Assembly: GCA_043228905.1 (NCBI GenBank) | Contig: JBHGNT010000375.1 | Coordinates: forward strand, 1 to 30,339 | Origin: Azolla caroliniana | Taxonomy: Eukaryota > Plantae > Polypodiophyta | Direction: 5' to 3' | DNA length: 30,339 nucleotides | Shown here: positions 1-9,998 of the stretch, one piece after another | Layout: every line of letters begins with the position of its first letter | Position numbering within the stretch: position 1 is the stretch's first letter | Made by a program: the position numbers and the translations under genes | Notes under the pieces: model-generated | What the model saw: only the letters and a program-made list of their open reading frames with translations | Databases searched by the model: none | What the model was told of the DNA's origin: nothing

Positions 1-7
1 TCCTCTC

Positions 8-228
8 AACAATCGACTCCCTCGATCGGAGCGCTTGACACGAACATTTTTGTCAGTCAGCAAATCTTCATCAACACGAACATTCTCGTTCTATCGTTCA
101 CGAACTTCGGTAACATCAACGATCGACTCCCTCGATCGGAGCGCTTGACTCGAACATCTCCGTCGGTCAACGAATCTTCATCGACACGAACATTTCCGTT
201 CTGTCGGTTCACGAACTTTGGTAACATC
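8..228. repeat. Two tandem ~110-bp units (8-117, 118-228)
   Basis: Both units begin AAC(A/G)ATCGACTCCCTCGATCGGAGCGCTTGAC and end GGTAACATC; the middle is colinear with scattered substitutions. Confidence 0.9.
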
Positions 229-2372
229 ATTTGGGTCGTCAAAAAAAGGTTGTATGTATGTGTGTTCTTCCTTGTATCTTGTGAGTCGCATGTGGATTGC
301 GTTCATTTCTTTTAGGTTCATGAGTTTTTGAAATTCCGTAGGTGCCCTTTGATTTTTAAAATTTTAATTATGTACCCTTTCTCTTCTTCCATGAATTCTT
401 CATTCTCTTCCTTCTTTGTTCATCAACGGCTACATCTCCTTCTGCTTCTTCTTCTTCTTTTTATCTGTTCTTCTTCCGTTGTGACTGTTGCTTCTCCTTC
501 CTCTCTCTATTTCTCCATCTTCTTCTATGTCTTTCTCTTTCTTGCTTCTCTGTTTTTGTTCCTGTTCATCGCCGCCTTCCTTTGTGCACTATTCATCTCT
601 GCTTCAGCAGCGCGCACGCGATCGGGCATCTGTGTCTGTGTGTGTCTTTCTGTTTGTCTCCATGCTCTTGTCCTGTGCCTTCTCTTCTATACTCTGCACT
701 TTTCTTCTCTGTGAGTTCTAGTTCTGACTTATGTGTCATTTCCTCGTCCTTCTCTACTTCTCTTTCTTATGTGTTCTAGCTTTGTCGATGTTGTGGATCC
801 CATCGTCTTCGTTAGCCTAACATTCCTACTTCTCCCCAATGGTATCGCTTAGCAACATCTGTCAATTCTACATCTCTATCGCTGGCACCATCGCCGTCTT
901 TGTCTGGCCCATCTGTCATTTTATGGCTGACAGTTTCTTGTTTTTCCCTATTTTCGGCGATCTAGCTGTCCGCGAGTCCGATCGTTCGTTCTTTCTCTCC
1001 ATTTAAGGTGTCCTTGTCGCCGTCTCTGTTTCTTTGTCTCTATCGTCTACCGGCCACTCGTGACTGTTGGTTGTCATCGTTCCTCTGTGTGTCGCCGACA
1101 CTGTCTGGTACGTCATTTCGGCGTCAGTTGTTCGGCCATTCCGGCTACATTTTGGCGCCCCGACCGCATCCAGCTGCTTTCCGGTTGCCGCCCTTGTTCT
1201 GTCGTCATCATCGTTGTTCCGACCGCTCTTTGACTGCTTGTCAGATCCGGCCATTGTGTTCATTTGTAGGTGTCTCCGTCATCGTCACTCGTCCTGTTCG
1301 TATTTGTCCTACCCTTCCGACATCTCTAACACCGACCGTCATTCATGGTTGTTCTTAACCATTGTCCGGTTGCTGCTATTATTTGTGGTCCCACCATTGG
1401 TCTGGCCTTTGTTGCCTGCCGGTCTCGCCGCTACCGCTCTGATGTCGTCGGTTTTCGGCCGTATCTTTCCGTCCGGCCGCTGCCCTGTTCTGGCCGTTTG
1501 TCTGATTGCTCCGATTGTTATTCAGCCACTATCTGGCCACTCCAACCGCTCCAGCCTTTGTCCAGCTATTCCAATAGATGCTCTTCAGCCATTGTCTGGC
1601 CATTCCGACCGCTCTTCAGCCGTTATCCAGCCATTCCAACCACTCTTCAGCCGTTATCTAGCCATTCCGACCGCTCTTCGGCCGCTCCAGCCTTTGTTCA
1701 GCTATTCCAGCCGGTTCGGTTGCTTTTCGGCCGTTGTCGGTGCTCTTCATCCGTCTTTGTCTCTGCGCAGATCTGTCAATGTCAACCTTGTCCAACCATT
1801 TTTTGGTCTGCCATCTCTGTCCGGCTGTCTCTATTCTTTACTACCGGATGACGTTCTATTGTCGATGTGGTCGTTGCTGTCCAGCCATTCTGGCTCTCTG
1901 GCTCCTGTCCGGCCGCTCCGACTCCGTTCGGTCCGTCTGTTCGATCCGGCCATTATTGTCTTTCTGGCCCTCTAGCCAATGTTCGGCTATCTGGCCCATC
2001 GTTTCAGCGTCATCACCGTTCCTACTATTCAACCCATTCCAATCATCGTTTGGCGGTTCTCTGTCCAACCAGTCTAGCCACTCCGGCCACTGTTCGGTTA
2101 TTCCGGCCGCTCCTTGGCCACTATTTGGCTGCTTGTCCGTCATTCCAGCTCCATCTCCGATCGTTGTTGTCGTCCTTGTCTTTTTGGTTGTCTCTCGCAC
2201 CACGCTTTCCGTGTTGCATTCATCGACCTCGATGGCTTGCAATCAACATCACCATTTTTTGCACATCATCCATTTGATTTCTCGCACATCATTGCCACCA
2301 TTCTCGCACAATTCGTATTAGTCTTTGCCGTGTATTAGTCTTCGACTTCGTCTCCAAAGGGGGGTCGCCTTA
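229..2372 (-). mobile_element. Probable degenerate internal region of an older minus-strand LTR retrotransposon
   Basis: Lies directly downstream (minus strand) of a PBS-like site at 2373-2382. It is strongly purine-skewed on the minus strand and rich in short repeats. No recognisable protein domain was found in its ORFs. Confidence 0.4.
1524..1690. repeat. 31-bp minisatellite (3 clear units starting at 1586, 1617, 1648 plus degenerate flanking units)
   Basis: Unit approx. CAGCCGTTATCCAGCCATTCC(A/G)ACC(A/G)CTCTT; related degenerate motifs continue to ~2120. Confidence 0.8.
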
Positions 2373-2382
2373 GTGGTCGCCA
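2373..2382 (-). promoter_or_regulatory. Primer-binding site complementary to a tRNA-Arg 3' end (older element)
   Basis: Minus strand reads TGGCGACCAC, the complement of the plant tRNA-Arg(UCG) 3' end GUGGUCGCCA as I recall it. It lies 5 nt from a candidate LTR end (...CATACAACA at 2388). Confidence 0.6.
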
Positions 2383-2744
2383 AAAGGTGTTGTATGTTTT
2401 AGGGTTAGGGTAAATGATAATGATAATGATGATGATTGATTATTGATGATGAAGATAGACATGGTGTAATAGTGAAAATGATGGAGAGTATAATGGTGAG
2501 AGAGATCATGAAGAACAAGACAAGCATTGAGGGGTGGGGGGTGGAGCCATTTAGGGGGTTCAACGTTAAGAGGGAAGAGAGAGAGGGAGAGAGACATGAC
2601 AAGAGAGAGATTGAGAGAGAGATGGTTATTGTATTCATTCATTCCCCATAAGGGGTTAAATAGGTACAAAAGGGTAGATACACAAGGGTGCAAGCCCCTT
2701 GGGCATTCACACCTCTTTGTATCCACCACACTCACACTCATAAT

Positions 2745-3094
2745 TGTCAAGATTCAAACTCTTGACACGACCATGTTATAATATAGTATCATGGGTTAAC
2801 CAATATATCTAGTACACAGTTATGTATGTAATTGGTCCTTATTGTTTTTCTAGCATCATGTGCATAGTTGCTCCCTTGTAGTATTTACACTTGGCACATG
2901 CATGCATACCTACATGCTCTATTGTAGATTCACATGCGTGCAACAAGTATGCATGCCATATAGTATAAATAGAGGAGTTCACCTTGAAGGAATTCAAGGT
3001 GAACAACACCAGTTATGGAGTCTTTTCGTTAATACTACTCATCCATTTGTCTATCTTCTTTCTTGTCTCTTGAGCTTATGATCTATCTGTGACA
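2745..3094 (+). repeat. 5' LTR (350 bp, TGTCA...TGACA)
   Basis: Direct repeat of 7707-8056; 9 substitutions counted by eye (~97% identity). Confidence 0.97.
2964..2971 (+). promoter_or_regulatory. LTR TATA box (TATAAATA)
   Basis: Canonical motif present in both LTRs; a CA (YR) dinucleotide at 2995-2996 lies ~32 nt downstream. Confidence 0.75.
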
Positions 3095-3096
3095 GT

Positions 3097-3107
3097 TTGT
3101 TCACCTT
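3097..3107 (+). promoter_or_regulatory. Self-priming PBS (TTGTTCACCTT)
   Basis: Separated from the LTR end by 2 nt. It has no TGG/tRNA match and is the exact reverse complement of AAGGTGAACAA at 2996-3006. Confidence 0.75.
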
Positions 3108-3144
3108 CCCATCCTCATAGCTCTCCCTCTCATAAGCCATAGCT

Positions 3145-4176
3145 ATGTCCGACTCAACTAGTGAGTTAGGCCAAATAATGGTAGCCTTACGACAACTCCA
3201 GCTTGAAAATGAAGCTCTTCGAAATTCTTTACAAGAACTTCAAGTCGGTGCCTCCCTATCCTCACAACCCCCGAAGCCTAGTCTCCCACAGCAACCTAGC
3301 CTAGAGCCCGATCTTCTACCAACATCTAGCCTAGCTTCGTCGCATTTTCTTCAGCCTACGGTTAGCCTCCCAAAATAATTTGATGGAACGAGGTCGCGTT
3401 TCCGAGGGTTCATCAACCAAGTTCAACTTATCATTCGGCGACAACCTCAACGCAATGGAGATGGTCTTCAACAAGTCGGCCTTGTGGGCACCCTTCTCTC
3501 CGGTCCAGCCCAAGCTTGGTTTGCACCATTGGTAGAAACCTCTTCACCTCTATTGGAGGACTTTCCTGCCTTCCTCGCCGAGTTAGAGGCCACATTTGGA
3601 GAGATGGACCGACGACGTACAGCTCTTAACAAGATTTATGCACTTGAACAAGGTTCGCGTGCAGCTTCGGTCTATGCTTCAGAATTTCGACAACTAGCAT
3701 GCGACGTCAATTGGGATGATCAACCTTTAGTTGATCACTTTCGGCGCGGCCTTCGAAGCAATGTCAAGAATCTTCTCTTAAACTTTCCGGAGCCCAGCTC
3801 GTTGTCCCAAGCGATTTCACAAGCAGTCCATTGTGACAATCGTCTATTCAAATTTCGCCAAGAAGAGCGTCGTACTTGGGTTCCACCTCATTCACTTCCA
3901 CGACACGCCCCGGTCATACAACCCCAACCATACCCTCCACTGACTGCATCACACTCCCCTACTTTGGCAGATGCTCCTGTCCCCATGGAAATTGATCAAG
4001 CCCAATTTCAGCCATTCACTGATGCCGAACGACAATTTCGGCGGGCTAATGGCGTGTGCATGTATTGTGGCGCCTCTGGTCATGTCGTTCGCCATTGTCC
4101 TAGGAGTAATCGCCCACAATTCCATCGAGCTAACGGACCCCACCATACGGAAAACGACATCGTTCGGTTGCAGTAG
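3145..4176 (+). pseudogene. gag: Retrotransposon Gag with in-frame stop at 3376-3378
   Basis: ORFs 3145-3378 and 3484-4176 share a frame (LPK*FDGTRSRF). It has capsid-like QGSRAASVYASEF and FRRGL motifs and the zinc knuckle CMYCGASGHVVRHC. Confidence 0.93.
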
Positions 4177-7100
4177 GAGCCATGCAATTGGATATCTCCC
4201 CTTGCCCACATTCTCTTGGTTCCATTGCCGACCATCAGGCAATTTCACATTGGAGGTATGGCTTTCATTTAACTCTAGTTCCATTTAGTCTATTGCTTTA
4301 CTTGATTCTGGGGCATCTTCTTGCTTCATCGACATCGTGTTTGCCCAAGCACATGGCGTACCTGTCGTTGGCCTCTCTAAACCCATTCCCGTTGAAGCCA
4401 TCGACGGGTGCGTCCTCTCGTCAAGTGCAATTACTCAAGCTACAATCCCATTAGGGCTTTGTCTAGGCTCACACCAGGAGGAGCTCGCCTTTTACCTCAT
4501 CGCATCTCCTCGACATCCGATCATCTTAGGACTAACGTGGTTGGAGGCGCACAATCCAATAGTGGATTGGTGCAACCGCTCGATCACATTTAGCAAGCCA
4601 GGATGCTCGTGCAAAAGTATGAAGGTAAATTCAGTTTCCCATCCTTCGGAGAAGGTCGATTCCGATTTGACTACCCCATCATTGGTCCAGGATGGGTTTG
4701 TTTATGGCGCCGTTTCTAACACACTCCATGTTATTCCCGACAAATACCAACACTTCTCCGGCGTATTTGAAAAATGTAATGTTGATCGTTTGCCTGAACA
4801 CCGGCTCTACGACTGTCCGATTGATCTTCAAGAAGGTGCGTGTCCACCCTTTGGTCCTCTATATGCGTTGTCTATACCAGAGTTGAAGGCCCTTCGTGTG
4901 TATCTCGATGAGAACCTCGAGAAAGGACTTATTCAACCTTCTAAGTCACCAACCGGGGCCCCCATTTTATTTGTGAAGAAGGACAGCTCTCTACGCTTAT
5001 TCGTCGACTACCGAGGTCTCAACAAACTCACTGTACGCAACCGCTATCCGCTACCTCTGATCCTCGAACTCCTTGATCGGCTCCGAGTTGTGTGTGTCTT
5101 CTCCAAAGTTGATCTGCGTGGAGCGTACAATCTAGTACGCATCAAGCCGGGGGATGAATGGAAAACCGCATTTCGAACATGGTATGGGCATTTCGAATAC
5201 AAGGTAATGCCTTTTGGTCTTACTAACGCTCCAACAGTTTTTCAACATATGATGAATGATATATTCCGGGAATATCTTGATCATTTTGTTGTCATTTACC
5301 TCGATGATATTCTCATTTTCTCGCCAAACATGGAGGAGCACACTCGCCAAGTCCGATTAGTTCTTGCCAAACTTCGCGAGCATGGCCTTTATGCCAAAGG
5401 CGAGAAATGCAGGTTCGACCGTACCTCGATTGAATTTTTGGGCTACATCATCTTGCCCGCTGGCATCACCATGGATATGAAGAAGGTCTCTGTCATTCAG
5501 GCATGGGCGACTCCAAGGCGACTTAAAGATGTGCAATCCTTCCTCGACTTCGCGAATTTTTACCGTCTCTTCATCAAGGCACTCCATTTTTATGGACCTC
5601 GGAGGCGAATTTTTCCACCCTAGCACAACCTCTTATCGCTCTCACCCGTAAAGGCACTCCATTTTTATGGACCTCGGAGGCGCAAAATGCGTTTGACTCA
5701 CTCAAACACACATTCATCACTGCCCAAGTGCTGCTACATGCCAACCCCACAAAACCCTTCCAAGTCGAAACCGATGCCTCTGACTTCGCCATTGGTGTCA
5801 TCCTATCCCAGGCAGACGACACCAACCTAATGCACCCAATGGCTTACTACTCCCGGAAATTCACGGCATCCGAAATCAATTATCCCATATACAACAAGGA
5901 GCTTGCTGCTATCATTGTTGCCTTTGAAGAATGGCGACCCTACTTGGCCGACGCACAACATCGTGTCCAGGTAGTGACTGATCATAAAAATTTAGTTTAT
6001 TTTTCCACCACTCGTACTTTGAATCAAAGGCAGGCCCGTTGGTCGACATTTCTCGCCGACTACGATTTTGAGATGATATTTCGACCTGGTGACCAACATG
6101 GGAAGGCTGATGCCTTTTCTTGCCAAACTGACCTTGCACTCCGCCCTGGGGATGCTGCTTATGCTCAACAATCTAGATGATTGTTGAAACCCGACCAATT
6201 GCATCTTTTTGCCACTTGTATGTTGCAAGATGATTCATTACTCCAACAGATCATTGATGCGTCCAAGACCGATGCGTTTGCCAACGAGATTCGATATAGT
6301 CTGCAAAACCCCTCTAAGGCGACCAAAAGAAAGGATCTTGACACCTTCACCATACAAGAGGGTTTGTTGTTCCAAGATCATCTCTTATACGTCCCACAGG
6401 GCCCATGTTGCACCTGGGTGTTGCGGGAATGCCACAATGACCCACTTGCAGGTCATTTCGGGGTCGCGAAAATCCTCAAGCTACTCTCTCAGGGTATTGA
6501 TGGCCACAACCATGGAAGTTGGTCAAAGAATACATAAAGAGTTGTGAGGTTTGTGCTCGCTCCAAAGCCATTCATCATCGGCCATATGGCTTACTACAAC
6601 CGCTTCCATGTCCTCGTCGTCCCAGGGCCTCTATCTCTATGGACCTGATAACTGATCTACCCTTGGTCAATAGCTATGACTCGGTGTTGGTCATTGTCGA
6701 TCGGTTTACGAAGATGGCTCACTTCACTCCATGCTCCAAAACCATTTCCGGAGAAGGAATGGTGCATCTACTACTCAACAATGTGGTACGCTTACATGGA
6801 CTCCCCGATGATGTCATCTCCGATCGCGGACCCCAGTTTGTCTCTCACTTCTGGCAGCACCTGCTACAAACTGTAGGCATCTCTGTCAAGTTGTCATCCG
6901 CTTATCACCCCCAAACTGATGGGGAAACAGAGTGTGTCAACCAAATCCTTGAGCAGTATCTTCGGTGCTCTGTTAGTTACCAACAAGATGACTGGGTCAA
7001 CTTACTTTCGCTCGCGGAATTCGCCTACAATAATTCTCTCCATGCATCAACTGGCATCACTCCCTTCTTTGCCAACTATGGTTTACATCCTCGCTTCAAC

Positions 7101-7743
7101 ATTTCCCTTCCTACCACTTCCGTGAACCCTTCGGCGGAGGATCGTGCTCGCATTTTGGAAGAACTACATCATGATTTATCCTTGGAGCTTAGTCTTGCCA
7201 GTGAACGATACAAGCAGCAGACGATCAGCCACTCCACACTTTGTCATTGGAGACATGGTCTGGTTGTTACGTCGACACATCTCTACTACTCGTCCATGTG
7301 CGAAACTTGATTACAAGAAGTTGGGACCATTCTGTATCATCGACTGCATCAATCCTGTCGCCTTCCGGCTCGCCCTTCCATCCCACTTCTGGCTTCATGA
7401 TGTTTTTCATGTCTCCCTCCTCGAACCCCATTATGCTTCACACCTCCCAAGACATCAGGCCCCTCCACCACCACCTGTGCAATTGACGACAGGGGAGGAA
7501 TACGAGGTCGACCAAATCCTTGACTCGTGTTGGCACCGTCGACACTTGCAATACTTTGTCCTATGGAGGGGTTACCCCATGTCTGAGGCCATGTGGGAAC
7601 CATCGGAAAATTTACAAAATGCCCCAAAGGTCGTCCAAGATTTTCATCACCGATATCCCCACAAACCAGCGGCCGATTTGGGAAGGCGGCGTCAGAGGGG
7701 GGATAATATCAAGATTCAAACTCTTGACACGACCATGTTATAA
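4149..7743 (+). pseudogene. pol: Pol polyprotein (protease, RT, RNase H, integrase, chromodomain), disrupted
   Basis: Motifs: LLDSGAS (PR ~4300); YLDD (RT ~5297); TDASD/EL/TDHKNL (RH); H-x-H..C-x-x-C and D,D,E (IN); GPF; EYEVDQILD..YFVLWRGY..WEP (chromodomain ~7498-7659). Stops at 4286, 6178 and ~6498; frameshifts near 4200-4240, 5579-5607, ~6495 and ~7220. Confidence 0.95.
7694..7703 (+). promoter_or_regulatory. Polypurine tract AGAGGGGGGA
   Basis: Purine run separated from the 3' LTR by 3 nt. Confidence 0.9.
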
Positions 7744-8056
7744 TATAGTATCATGGGTTAACCAATATATCTAGTACACAATTATGTATGTAATTGGTCC
7801 TTATTGTTTTGCTAACATCATGTGCATAGTTGCTCCCTTGTAGTATTTACACTTGGCACATGCATGCATACCTACATGCTCTATTGTAGATTCACATGCG
7901 TGCAACAAGTATGCATGCCATGTAGTATAAATAGAGGAGTTCACCTTGAAGGAATTCAAGGTGAACAACACCAGTAATGGAGTCTTTGCGTTAATACTAC
8001 TCATCCATTTATCTATCTTCTTTCTTGTCTCTTGAGCTTATGATCTATCCGTGACA
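7707..8056 (+). repeat. 3' LTR (350 bp; starts TA instead of TG)
   Basis: Direct repeat of 2745-3094, followed by TSD ATAAT. Confidence 0.97.
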
Positions 8057-8143
8057 ATAATCGTATAAGATTACACATACATATCAACACATTACATCTT
8101 TCACCCTCACTTATCAATCACCCGTACATCTCATACGGTAACA

Positions 8144-8170
8144 ATGTGTGTGTGTGTGTGTGTGTATGTA
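8144..8170. repeat. (TG)n microsatellite
   Basis: Read directly from the sequence. Confidence 0.9.
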
Positions 8171-9716
8171 TGGGAACCAACAATCAAGGATGACTATACA
8201 AAACTAAATTTATAATATGCTTATGAAGTTTGGTGATTTGAGGCCATAAGCGAACTCTTCGACAAACATACAAATTGTTTGCATTACATAATATCGCAAT
8301 TTGTCCCATTGGGTTGAGTTGGGATATGGATTTCAGTACATCGGCTCTCGAGTATAATGTGATGGTGCTTGTGGCTTTGGTTATAGCCATTTCTGCCAAA
8401 CTCTTCAATTCCCTAGTAGTAGGATTATTCAATAAAGGACCTTCACAAGAAAGATGGATTAAACATGGAAGATCATCAAGTTATGGAGATTTGAAGATAG
8501 AGAAGAAGAAGGAGACGGGGAAGAAGAAGAACACAACATATCCTTTGATTTTTCATGCATCCAGAATGTATGAGATTGTTTCTTTTTTTCTTTTTTTCTC
8601 CGTTTTACCTAATTTATATATTTTTTAAATCAAGAATATATATTAAGATTATCTATCTTTGAGAGAATGCAAAGGTCCAAATCTATTTGATTTGAAAAAC
8701 CAAAAAAAATTCTTTTGTCTCATATTCAATTTCTTCATACTAAAGTATTTCAGCTTCAACTTTACAATGTTTGTTCTATATCCATCTTCTATTGCAGAAT
8801 ATTCTTATGTTTCCTTTATCAATGAGTTCTCATTAGAAAACTTTTCACATTGATAGTCTGGTGCACAAAACCACTATACTTGGAAAAGAAGCTCATATAT
8901 TTCCTTCATCAATGAGATCTCATTAGAAAACGTTTCACATCGAAGCTTAAAAGGAGCATTTGAATTAACGATGACCATATTGATGATATCGATGGAAGAA
9001 CCTTCAAACATAGTATGAGCCATACATACCATACGCGCATTCACGTTCGTGAATGTTTCAATCATTCGAGTATGGTAAACACCCTTGAAGAATGATAAAT
9101 ACCATACTTTTGGAATAGCTATTTATTATGAGGTAAATAAACCTAAAAAAGGAAAAAAACAAAAAATAAAAACCTTTCAAAAAGGGGAAAAAAACAAAAA
9201 AAAAACACAAGAATGTTTGAATAATATTCACATTCGTTTTCCAACGTAGGAAAACGAATGTTATGTTAGACGAACACGAATTTTACGTACTATGCCTTCA
9301 AACATACAAAGCTCATTCTGAAAGCAACTAAAGCCTCGCGACATGAAATGCCTTATATTTAAAACAATCGATGCAAGAAGCCACAAACAACAAAGCTCAT
9401 AATGAAGCAAAAGATATAGAATCATCCAACATAGAAAGCTAATATTAGAGAATAGGTTATGAGAAGCTATACACAACATATTGATAAAGATGAAGTTGTA
9501 AATGACAAGATGAGACTCAACATATCTTTTTTAAATCCCAAAAGAAAAATATATATAGATGGCGTGGTGGAAGAAGGTAATTACCGGCTGTAGGTAGAGG
9601 TTTTGGTTCAAATGTTGGTGCAGGTGCAGGTGCAGGGGGAGGTGTAGAAGTTTTCAAATTTTCAAAAATAGGGATAAAAGGATTTATGCAAGGTTTTAAT
9701 AATATTGAAGTTGTGC

Positions 9717-9998
9717 TAGGGTTAGGTCAGAAGGTCCAAGTTAGGTGCTCAACCCGGGTCAGGTTCGAAGGACCGGGTTAGGTTTACAAGATTACAAGGC
9801 CCGTGTTGGGTACCTAGAGTCTAGGTTAGGCTTAGACAATTACATTGCCCGAGTTAGGTAATGAGAGTCCGGGTTAGGTACGTAGAGTCCTGGTTAGGCT
9901 GCCATGGTTAGGTGATGAGAGGTCTGGTTAGGTAATCAAATGGCATAATCACTGCCCGGGTTAGATGTGACTGAGGCTCGCCAGACCTGGGTTAGGTT
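9717..9998. repeat. Cluster of ~10 dispersed GGTTAGG-like motifs (transposon subterminal-type or telobox-like)
   Basis: Irregularly spaced (G/T)GGTTAGG copies, all on one strand. Confidence 0.7.

Larger units (their letters stand above)
2745..8056 (+). mobile_element. Ty3/Gypsy chromovirus LTR retrotransposon (Tcn1/Tf1-sushi-like), full-length, coding-defective
   Basis: Two 350-bp LTRs, 5-bp TSD ATAAT (2740-2744 and 8057-8061), PPT, and domain order Gag(CCHC)-PR-RT-RH-IN-GPF-chromodomain. Confidence 0.97.
2388..8143 (-). mobile_element. Candidate 5' LTR (~440 bp) of an older element, split by the chromovirus into 2388-2744 and 8062-8143
   Basis: Minus strand starts TGTTACC (8143) and ends ACAACA (2388), giving TGTT..AACA termini. 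There is a TATA-like CTATTTAA on the minus strand near 2657-2664 and the PBS follows. The partner LTR is not in the window. Confidence 0.5.

Noticed and set aside
8-228. 3' LTR of the older minus-strand element
   Set aside because: Shares only TGTTACC(G) with the candidate 5' LTR and has no adjacent PPT.
1524-1690. 31-bp repeats as a CRISPR array
   Set aside because: Head-to-tail units without unique spacers, eukaryotic context, no cas genes.
328-2338. Long + strand ORFs (128 aa hydrophobic, 302 aa, 195 aa etc.)
   Set aside because: C/T-rich low-complexity and minisatellite DNA is depleted of stops; several frames are open at once and none has a domain motif.
9717-9998. Interstitial telomere array
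   Set aside because: Motifs are dispersed and irregular, not tandem TTTAGGG/TTAGGG.
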